DNA of 64,000 nucleotides. Origin: Gemmatimonadales bacterium. Its GTDB lineage: Bacteria > Gemmatimonadota > Glassbacteria > GWA2-58-10. The stretch spans positions 59,844 through 123,843 of the forward strand of contig JAJRTS010000085.1 in the NCBI GenBank assembly GCA_024278175.1, given 5' to 3'. Shown here piece by piece: positions 56,400 through 64,000 of this stretch (position 1 is its first letter; the number at the start of each line of letters is the position of its first letter). A model generated the notes under the pieces. The model saw nothing but the letters and a program-made list of their open reading frames with translations, had not been told where the DNA came from and did not search any database. The position numbers and the translations under genes were made by a program.

Positions 56400-59165
56400 T
56401 CAGACATAGGGTTTGACCTTTTCCCGTACCTGCTCGTAGTTGCACGGCTTGATCAGGTAATCGTTGGCCCCGCTGCGCTCGATCTGCCGCAGCAGGACCG
56501 CGCTGTTCACATCGCTCATCACGATCACCGGGGTCTCGGCTGTCGCCTCGGCCGAGCGCAACTGTTTGAGCGCCTCCAGCCCGTTGACCAGCGGCATTCG
56601 TAAATCCAGCATCACCAGGTCCGGAGCTTCGCGGGCCACCGCCGAGAGCAGCGCCTTTCCGTTGAAAACCGCTGTCGCCTTGAACCCCTCGTGGTTTAAC
56701 CTGGCGCAAATATCCTTGCAGAACCTGATATCGTCGTCGGCCACCAGGATTTTGATCCCCTCTTCCCGGCGGGCGATTTTCTTCCTCGCAACCTTCAGAT
56801 TGCGCTGCACAATTTCCTCGCTGTCCTTTTCCGGCACCTTGAGCAGGCTTTTCAGCTCCGGTTGATGTTGTCCTATTTCTCCGATCAGCCAGACGCCGCT
56901 GGCTCTCATTTTTCCGTCCTTGGAGAGCAGCATGTCCTCCAGCGAGTCCCGGATATCCCTGTGCCCGAAATTCCAGATTGCTTTTAGCGTATTGGCCCGC
57001 ACCCGGTTGTCCTTATCGTACTTGTATTTCATCAGGATTCCCATCACGTTGCGGTTGCCGATTGCCTCCAGCGATTCGATCACGTTGGCGCGCACACGGG
57101 CGTTCTTATCGTTGAGCATCTTCATCAACAGGCTGCTCTCGTGCTGATCCAGCATCTCGGCGATCAGTTTGACCGTGGTTGCCCGCACCTTGTCGTCCTC
57201 GTCCACGATAATATCGGCCAGTGTCCTGGCCGTGAAATCCTTATCCTCGCGGATCAGGATATCCAGTATCTTCCGGATCGTGACCGGGTTGGGAATCTCC
57301 ATGTTTTGCAGATAAGAAAAGCGGCTGTCCAGACCGACCACGAAATCGATCAGCTTCTTTTTCTGCCGGATACCCAGAATCGGCGTTTCCTCGTTTTCCC
57401 GCAGCAGGCGCAGGACAATCTTGATCGTAGTGCCCCGCGCCAGGTTGCGAAGAAATACGCTCTTGTACTGCGCCAGCGGCAGAATGTGCTTCAGCGCATC
57501 GAGCCCGCCGGTATTCGCCAGTTCCTTCAGTGGTTTGATCTTGTTGCTGTCCGGCATGTCCTTGAGTTGGGAGGCCAGAACCTCGGCGCGCTTTACGGGG
57601 TCCTTTATCGTCGATGGGTCTATTTGTTTCTGTTTCACATCCCTTGCCTGCGCTGCCTCCCTGTCCTCGTCGGTGGCGCTTTCGCCCGGCTGCCCGCCCC
57701 CCTGAGGCGTGCTCTCGCCCGCCAGCTCATTTTCGTCCCCGCCACCGGTACCGCCGTCGCCGCCCAGCTCCCGCACCAGTTCCTCCACTTCCCGCCTTAC
57801 TTTTTCGAACACTTCTCCGGCCCGGTTCTCCACCGCCTTGTTTCTCAACGCGCCGATCTCGATATAGTAGTACAGGCATTGGCTGAGTCTCTTGATATTC
57901 TCGCCATATGTCTTAACCATATTGTTCTGCGAATCCAGCTTCTGCTCCCGGCGGGACTCCTCCAGTGTGGCCTGGACTTTCTCGATCTGCGCCTCCAGCA
58001 ACGTGGGATTAGCCAGCCGGAGAATCAGCAGGTTCAACATACCCTCATCAAGCCCAGCGGGCATGGCTTGTTCGCCCTGCTCGCTTTCGCCGTTTTCCTG
58101 TTCTTGCTCAAGCTCATCGATTTGCCCACGAAGTTTCTGATACAGTTCCTGCTGTTCCTGCTGCTCTTTGGAAAGACTTCCGTTGCCGGTAGCAGGTACC
58201 TGCAGCAACTCCACCAGTTTGCCGGCGGTGGCGATATCGATCTCCCCGAGCCACTGCGTTCTGTTAACGGCGGCTTCCTTGTGCCCGGCGTTCATGAACA
58301 GGATCCGCTTAAACACAAGGGCCTCGCGGATTTTTTCGATCTCCAGCCGGTAATACTGCTGAAATCTGTCCAGTACTCCCCACCCCTGCTCGTGAGCGCC
58401 ATTGCTGTCGAAAACCTCGTCCAGAACGCGCTTGACCCGATCCAGCGGCTGATGGTCGCCGGCAATCTCCACCAGAGTGCGCAAGATTTTTTTCAGTATC
58501 GCGCAGAGCAACACCTGCCGGCGCAGGCTCGCCAGCGGCTCACCGTGGTTGATCTGGTCCTACAGCCGCTGCGAGAGCGAGGACTTCTTCTTCAGGTCCA
58601 GGCTGATGCGCTCCTGATTAAGCAGGTTGAACTGGTGGAGCCAGCAGAAAAAGCTCACCAGGACGCCCTGCTCGCCCAAAAACTCCTCGAACCGTTCCAG
58701 GGCCTGGTCCAGCTTATCTTTCCCGAGCTTCTCCGCATGGAACGTGCTGAGCATGAACAACCGGACGAAATACCTGCTGAAAACGTTCGTGTCGGCGGCG
58801 AACACCCCTTCCAGCGCGGCGAGCTTGTCGCTGAAAAAAATCTCCAGTTCGTTCTGCTTTGCGCTCTTGTCCGGGGCGTTCTTCGCGCTGTCGCTGTAGA
58901 CAATGGCCATCATCTCGAACGCGCCGGTTAGCGTGGCGCCGCGGCTGGCCTTTTCGCCCTGAAGGTTTTTACGGGGGGTGAGAAAATAGGAATTGAACCG
59001 CGAGTCCTTTTGCAGCTTGTCGAAATGCCCGCCGAATATCAAGCTGATCTCCTCGTCCAGCTTGGTCAGGCTGGTGGCCGGATCAAGCTTTTTCAACGAG
59101 GCGATCTTGCTCTCCAGAAAACTCTGGGCATCCTTACCCGGATTAACTCGTAACGCGAATTGCAT
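56400..59165 (-). pseudogene. large helical/HEAT-repeat protein with C-terminal receiver domain, interrupted by an in-frame TAG at 58560-58562
   Basis: Track ORFs 58560-59213 and 56400-58514 are in the same frame, joined by 15 sense codons (QRL*DQINHGEPLASLRRQVLLC); HEAT repeats 'D.NARVRANVIE', 'D.DNRVRANTL'; receiver 'ADDD...LDLRMP...KP'. Confidence 0.8.
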
Positions 59166-59278
59166 ATTTTTCTCTTGTGGCTGAATGTTGACTGAAGAAA
59201 AGAAATTATACAAAAAACCATGAAAAAGGGCAAATCATTTCAAAAGATAACCCGCGGAAAATCGATCTGTCGAAAATA

Positions 59279-59305
59279 TTGACAGGAAAACATACTTGCT
59301 ATAAT
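59279..59305 (+). promoter_or_regulatory. trp operon promoter candidate
   Basis: TTGACA-15 nt-TATAAT with extended -10 (TGC TATAAT); two further GCGGGTATAAT copies at 59347-59369. Confidence 0.55.
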
Positions 59306-59379
59306 ATGTGGTGGTATTGGTATGAAGTTTGCTTTAGTTGGTTATTGCGGGTATAATCGCGGGTATAATGGAGAAAACG

Positions 59380-59481
59380 ATGTCCATGGCTAGCAGAATA
59401 TTCCCCGATTTGATTCATTGGGCCTGGCACTGGCGTGGTGCACACCACCACGCATATGGATATCTACGCCCGCAGAGATAG
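59380..59481 (+). CDS. trpL: trp leader peptide MSMASRIFPDLIHWAWHWRGAHHHAYGYLRPQR
   Basis: RBS GGAG, 33 codons with three clustered TGG, directly upstream of a terminator and trpE. Confidence 0.8.
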   Translation: MSMASRIFPDLIHWAWHWRGAHHHAYGYLRPQR

Positions 59482-59503
59482 TATCTGACTACGACCTCAT
59501 TTT

Positions 59504-59545
59504 AAGCCGCGGGCACTGCTGAAGTGACCGCGGTTTTTTGTTTTT
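59504..59545 (+). terminator. trp attenuator terminator
   Basis: ccgcgg-g-cact/agtg-a-ccgcgg stem followed by ttttttgttttt. Confidence 0.85.
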
Positions 59546-59593
59546 GCCCATCCGGGTCAGGCCTGGCCTTGCCGATGGACGAAAGGAAATACG

Positions 59594-61084
59594 ATGCCCA
59601 ATATCAGACCGACCCAGCAGGAGTTTCTTGCCAAGGCCCGGCCCGGAACAATCGTGCCGGTCTATGCCGAGCTTTATACCGATACGGAAACTCCGATCAG
59701 CGTGTTCAAGAAGCTTTGCGAACCGAACGAGTACGCATTTCTGCTCGAAAGCGTGGAGATGGAGGAAAAAATCGGCCGCTACAGCTTCCTGGGACTGGCC
59801 ACCTGTACGGTTATCCGCGCCCGCGGTAACAAGATTGAGCAGATAACCGACGGGGAGCTGACCACCAGCACGGGCAATCCGATCGAGTACATCAGGGACT
59901 TTATCGGACGCTACGAACTGGCGCCGATTCCGGGCCTGCCGCCATTGCAGAGCGGGGTGGTGGGTTATTTCTCCTATGATACGATCCGCTGTTTCGAGCA
60001 GATTCCCCGCACCAAACCCGACCCGCTGGGGCTGCCTGATTGCTACCTGATGGTGGCCGACCAGTTGATCGTTTTCGACCACGTCAAGCACACGCTCACC
60101 GTGATCAAGAACGTGTTTGTCGAGCAGGGCGAGGACCCGCTCCAGCAGTACCGCCGGGCCCGCGCCAAGGTGGAATGGCTGGTGCGAAGGCTCAACGAGA
60201 TAGTACTGGCGCCGCAAAATATCGGCTCGGCAGCCGATGGCGGCGAAAACCCCGTGACCACCTCCAACACCACCCGCGAGCAGTATGAACAGATGGTGGT
60301 CAAGGCCAAGGACTATATCCACGCGGGTGATATTTTCCAGGTGGTGCTTTCCCAGCGGCTGTCGACCAAACTCTCCGGCGACCCGTTCGACCTCTACCGC
60401 GCCCTGCGACGGGTCAACCCCTCGCCCTACATGTTCTACCTCAAGTTCGGCGACCTCAAGGTGGCCGGATCGAGCCCGGAGGTGCTGGTGCGGGTGGAGA
60501 ACGCAGTGGTGACCAACCGTCCGCTGGCCGGTACGCGGCCCCGCGGAGCCGATGAGGCCGAGGACCGTCGCCTGGAGCGCGAGCTGCTGGCCGACCCCAA
60601 GGAGCGGGCCGAGCACGTGATGCTGGTCGACCTGGGACGTAACGACCTGGGGCGCGTCTGCCGCTACGGCAGCGTTAAGGTGACCGAGCAGATGAAAATC
60701 GAGCGCTACAGCCACGTGATGCACATCGTGAGCAACGTGGAGGGAGTCGCCCGCCCCGACGCCAACGCGCTCGATATTCTGGGCGCGTGTTTCCCGGCCG
60801 GCACGGTGAGCGGCGCTCCCAAGGTACGGGCGATGGAGATTATCGACGAGCTGGAAACAGAGGAGCGCGGAATTTACGCCGGGGCCGTGGGTTATATCGA
60901 TTTCAGCGGTAACCTGGACACCTGTATCGCTATCCGCACGATCGTGATCAAGGACGACACGGCTTACATCCAGGCCGGGGCCGGAATAGTGGCCGACAGC
61001 GATCCGGGACGCGAGTACCAGGAAACGCTTAACAAAGCCACCGCCCTGCTCAAGGCGGTCCAGCAGAGCGGAGAGTTCCTATGA
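59594..61084 (+). CDS. trpE: anthranilate synthase component I
   Basis: 'FLLESVE', 'GRYSF', '[11 protein letters not shown]', 'NPSPYM', '[13 protein letters not shown]', '[10 protein letters not shown]'. Confidence 0.96.
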   Translation: MPNIRPTQQEFLAKARPGTIVPVYAELYTDTETPISVFKKLCEPNEYAFLLESVEMEEKIGRYSFLGLATCTVIRARGNKIEQITDGELTTSTGNPIEYIRDFIGRYELAPIPGLPPLQSGVVGYFSYDTIRCFEQIPRTKPDPLGLPDCYLMVADQLIVFDHVKHTLTVIKNVFVEQGEDPLQQYRRARAKVEWLVRRLNEIVLAPQNIGSAADGGENPVTTSNTTREQYEQMVVKAKDYIHAGDIFQVVLSQRLSTKLSGDPFDLYRALRRVNPSPYMFYLKFGDLKVAGSSPEVLVRVENAVVTNRPLAGTRPRGADEAEDRRLERELLADPKERAEHVMLVDLGRNDLGRVCRYGSVKVTEQMKIERYSHVMHIVSNVEGVARPDANALDILGACFPAGTVSGAPKVRAMEIIDELETEERGIYAGAVGYIDFSGNLDTCIAIRTIVIKDDTAYIQAGAGIVADSDPGREYQETLNKATALLKAVQQSGEFL

Positions 61085-61662
61085 TTCTCGTTATTGACAA
61101 CTATGACAGCTTTACCTATAATCTCGTCCAGTACATGGGCGAGCTTGGGGCGACTCTGGAAGTCTATCGCAACGACAAAATTACGGTGGATCAGGTCGAG
61201 GCCACGGAGCCGGCCGGGATCATCATCTCCCCCGGTCCCGGCACGCCGGATGATGCAGGTGTCTCGCTCGATCTGCTCGCGCGGCTGGGACCGAAAGTCC
61301 CGTTTCTGGGCGTCTGCCTGGGACATCAGTGTATCGGACAGGTCTACGGCGGCCGGGTGGTTGGGGCGCCCTCGCTGATGCACGGCAAAACCAGCATGAT
61401 CCACCACGACGGGTCGGAGCTCTACCGTGATGTGCCAAGCCCGTTCGAAGCCACCCGGTACCATAGTCTCGTCGTTGAGCAGCACAGCCTGCCGGATTGC
61501 CTGGAGGTGACCTCCCGCACGGACGACGGTGTGATCATGGGGCTTCGCCACCGCCGGTTTCCTGTCGAGGGCGTGCAGTTCCACCCCGAATCGATCCTCA
61601 CTTTCGAGGGCAAGAAACTGCTCGGCAATTTCCTCCGGCGCACTCGACGGGAGAGTGAATGA
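61081..61662 (+). CDS. trpG: anthranilate synthase component II (glutamine amidotransferase)
   Basis: 'IDNYDSFT', 'SPGPG', 'GVCLGHQ', 'QFHPES'. Confidence 0.95.
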   Translation: MILVIDNYDSFTYNLVQYMGELGATLEVYRNDKITVDQVEATEPAGIIISPGPGTPDDAGVSLDLLARLGPKVPFLGVCLGHQCIGQVYGGRVVGAPSLMHGKTSMIHHDGSELYRDVPSPFEATRYHSLVVEQHSLPDCLEVTSRTDDGVIMGLRHRRFPVEGVQFHPESILTFEGKKLLGNFLRRTRRESE

Positions 61663-62255
61663 CCGGCCTGCCCGATTTCGAACAGATCAGAAAAACTGTC
61701 GGGCCGCCGGGAGCGCGCTGGGTCTGCGTGTTCGGCACCAGCGACAGCGCGGACAGAGCCAGCACGGACCAGGCCGAGCAACTTGGCAAGCTGCTGGCCG
61801 GACGGGGCTGGGTAGTTGTCACGGGTGGATATACGGCCGTAATGGAAGGCGCAAGCCGGGGCGCCAGGGCCGCCGGGGGCTTCAGCGTGGGCGTGGCCTG
61901 CCGCCTGTTCAGCAGGCAGCCCAACGCCTACCTCGACAAAGTGATCTGGACCGACACCCTGCTGGTGCGCCTGGAAACCCTGCTTCGCCTGGGCGACGGT
62001 TACGTGACCTGCAAGGGCGGCACCGGCACGCTGGCCGAGATCGCAATGGCTTGGGAGTACGTCAATAAGAAAATCGTCCCCCGCCGCCCGCTGGTGCTGC
62101 TGGGCGATTTCTGGCGGAAGCTGCCGGGGATTCTCTGCGATCAGGCCGCCGCGCCGGGAGTGAGTCTGGGACGTGCTGGTGATTTTATCTCCACCGCTAC
62201 AACGGTGGAACGAGCCGTAAAAATTCTGGCCGAGGGTTTCGAGCGGCTGGATTAG
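61659..62255 (+). CDS. LOG family (nucleotide phosphoribohydrolase-like) protein
   Basis: 'VCVFG', 'VTGG...ME.ASRGA', 'KGGTGTLAE' (PGGxGTxxE variant). Confidence 0.8.
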   Translation: MTGLPDFEQIRKTVGPPGARWVCVFGTSDSADRASTDQAEQLGKLLAGRGWVVVTGGYTAVMEGASRGARAAGGFSVGVACRLFSRQPNAYLDKVIWTDTLLVRLETLLRLGDGYVTCKGGTGTLAEIAMAWEYVNKKIVPRRPLVLLGDFWRKLPGILCDQAAAPGVSLGRAGDFISTATTVERAVKILAEGFERLD

Positions 62256-62368
62256 TTTTTTTTGCTTATAAAGTTTTGAGGGCTTTTATTAGTTTGCAGC
62301 ATCGTCCGGTTAGTTTTTGCATCATCGGCGATCCAGCGATAAGTTTGCACAATAACAGCATTAAGGCA

Positions 62369-62527
62369 ACACACCCCTGTCTTCCCTCTTTTTAGAGGGG
62401 ACCCGGCACGGCAGCCACCCTCCCGCGGTTTTGGGGTGTGGTTGAGGAGCGAAAATTCCCCTCTACTTAACTTAAGAGGGGTATCCGCCACCGGCGGACG
62501 GGGGTTGTAACAGCGGGCGGGGTGTGT
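62369..62527. repeat. palindromic intergenic element with CCCTCT/AGAGGG hairpins
   Basis: Bounded by acacacccc/ggggtgtgt; inner hairpins ccctct-tttt-agaggg, cccctct-N10-agagggg and tccgcc-acc-ggcgga. Confidence 0.55.
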
Positions 62528-62649
62528 AATGTAATCAGCTAACCTTCGACAATGCCTGTTATAGTGGTTCTCAAAAGTTTTGTCCTTAATGCAAAGGAAA
62601 GCGAATCCTGATAACGGTACGGAGAGACTTCCGTTGTCCGTAGAAAGTC

Positions 62650-62678
62650 GTAGGGGCGAACCTTGTGTTCGCCCCTAC
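62650..62678. repeat. GTAG-type REP palindrome
   Basis: gtaggggcgaa-ccttgtg-ttcgcccctac; first 25 nt identical to the reverse complement of 35802-35826. Confidence 0.8.
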
Positions 62679-62819
62679 AAGGCAAGGAACGGCTCTTCGA
62701 AGAAAAATCAAGCGGACATTTCTTTCGAGAAACGCTCTAGCATAAAGTTTTGTATTTGCATTTTTGTCAAGATCGTACTTTTCTATTTTAGTGATACCCC
62801 CGCCACGGGAGTGACAACG

Positions 62820-63842
62820 ATGATTGTCGATGCAATCCGCCGGCTTGTGGACGGAAAAGACCTCAGCGCCGGGCAGGCCGAAGAGGCGATGACCGAGATC
62901 ATGGAAGGCCGCGCCCTGCCCGCGCAGATCGGCGCATTCCTGACCGCTCTGCGCATGAAAGGCGAAACCGTCCGGGAGATAACCGCGTTCGCCGGGGTGA
63001 TGCGCGCCAAGGTCCGCCGTGTTTCGCCCGGCCGTCACAGCGAGTTGCTCGACACCTGCGGCACCGGTGGCGACAGTTCCGGGACGTTCAATATCAGCAC
63101 CGCCGCCGCGCTTGTGGCCGCCGGGGCCGGTGTGCCCGTGGCCAAGCACGGCAACCGCTCGGTCTCCAGCCGCTGCGGCAGCGCGGACGTGCTCAGGGAG
63201 CTGGGGGTTAATATCGAGGCCGCCCCGGAAGTTGTAGAACTCTGCCTCGACCGGGCGGGGATCTGTTTCATTTTCGCGCCCCTGTTCCACCCGGCGATGA
63301 AACACGCTATCGGACCCCGTCGCGAGATGGGTATCCGCACTGTTTTCAACGTGTTGGGGCCGCTGACCAACCCCGCCGGCGCGCGATATCAACTGCTGGG
63401 CGTTTTTGCCGGGTCGCTCACGGAAACACTGGCCGGAGTGCTGGCAGCTCTGGGCAGCCGCAGGGCCTGTGTGGTCCACGGCCACGGTGGGCTGGACGAG
63501 ATTTCGCTGGCCGGACCGACAACGTTGAGCGAACTGGACGGCGGGCGGGTAACGACACGCGTAATCCGGCCCGAACAGTTCGGGTTCGAACCCCGGCCCC
63601 TTCAGGCGATAGCCGGCGGAGACGCCCCGGCCAACGCAGCGATCATCCGTGATATCCTGGGCGGCAAGCCGGGCGCTTACCGCGACGCCGTGCTGCTCAA
63701 TGCGGGGGCCGCTGTCAGCGCGTTTCATCAGGGAATGACTATCGGCCGGGGAGTTGAACTCGCCGCCGAAGCTATCGACAGCGGCGGAGCGCGGCAAAAA
63801 CTCGCGGCCCTCGTGGAACTGACCAACCCGGAGGCGCAATGA
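62820..63842 (+). CDS. trpD: anthranilate phosphoribosyltransferase
   Basis: 'DTCGTGGD...FNIST', 'KHGNRSVSSRCGSAD', 'LGPLTNP', 'GLDEIS'; start MIVDAI with RBS GGAG. Confidence 0.96.
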   Translation: MIVDAIRRLVDGKDLSAGQAEEAMTEIMEGRALPAQIGAFLTALRMKGETVREITAFAGVMRAKVRRVSPGRHSELLDTCGTGGDSSGTFNISTAAALVAAGAGVPVAKHGNRSVSSRCGSADVLRELGVNIEAAPEVVELCLDRAGICFIFAPLFHPAMKHAIGPRREMGIRTVFNVLGPLTNPAGARYQLLGVFAGSLTETLAGVLAALGSRRACVVHGHGGLDEISLAGPTTLSELDGGRVTTRVIRPEQFGFEPRPLQAIAGGDAPANAAIIRDILGGKPGAYRDAVLLNAGAAVSAFHQGMTIGRGVELAAEAIDSGGARQKLAALVELTNPEAQ

Positions 63843-64000
63843 ACGTGCTGAAACGCATTATCAGCGATAAGCGCGAAGAGCTTGACGACGAGATGCGCAG
63901 ACACCCGCTCGACGTACTAAGGGGCCGGATCAACAGCGAACCACTGCCCGAGCTGTTCGATTTCGCCGCCGCGCTGACCGGCAAAAAACCCGCCGCGCTG
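63839..64000 (+). CDS. trpC: indole-3-glycerol phosphate synthase, 5' part (truncated by window)
   Basis: ATGA overlap with trpD; MNVLKRIISDKREEL...FDFAAAL matches a typical TrpC N-terminus and gene order. Confidence 0.75.
   Translation, partial: MNVLKRIISDKREELDDEMRRHPLDVLRGRINSEPLPELFDFAAALTGKKPAAL

Noticed and set aside
62580..62819. 80-aa N-terminal extension of TrpD
   Set aside because: Runs through the REP and AT-rich spacer; canonical start with RBS at 62820
1..64000. CRISPR array, rRNA, integrase/transposase, prophage or recognisable defence genes
   Set aside because: No regularly spaced repeats and no such protein motifs seen anywhere in the window

Overview
GC-rich (roughly 60%) bacterial chromosome segment; the taxon cannot be fixed from the sequence alone. 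Mostly housekeeping and metabolism: rqcH-like NFACT gene, tRNA-Leu(TAA), RlmD-family methyltransferase, a tandem pair of flavin oxidoreductases, three-subunit transhydrogenase pntAA/AB/B, hpt, rex with an operator-like palindrome, tRNA-Thr(CGT) with a small AT-rich islet at its 3' side, an ECF sigma/anti-sigma/PspC operon, several CAZyme-like genes, lpdA, nuoA-I (no nuoJ-N), an epimerase/HAD/AgaS/PPi-PFK sugar operon, dusB, nth and the start of a trp operon with an unannotated Trp leader-peptide attenuator. The most unusual part is a signalling locus at about 43.9-59.2 kb. It encodes a 1598-aa beta-propeller/TM/degenerate STAND-NTPase/GAF/PP2C protein, a GAF-GAF-PAS adenylate cyclase, an RsbW-like kinase, a STAS protein, a secreted VWA-SH3b protein, a tandem cNMP-binding coiled-coil protein and an LD-carboxypeptidase. 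This reads as a sigma-less partner switch that may be wired to cAMP. Two otherwise intact regulatory genes (the ECF sigma and a HEAT-repeat response regulator) are each split by one in-frame TAG. Also present are a Tat-exported GH35-like protein apparently lacking both catalytic glutamates, a 92-bp MITE-like element and GTAG-type REP palindromes. All product calls come from motif recognition, not database searches.
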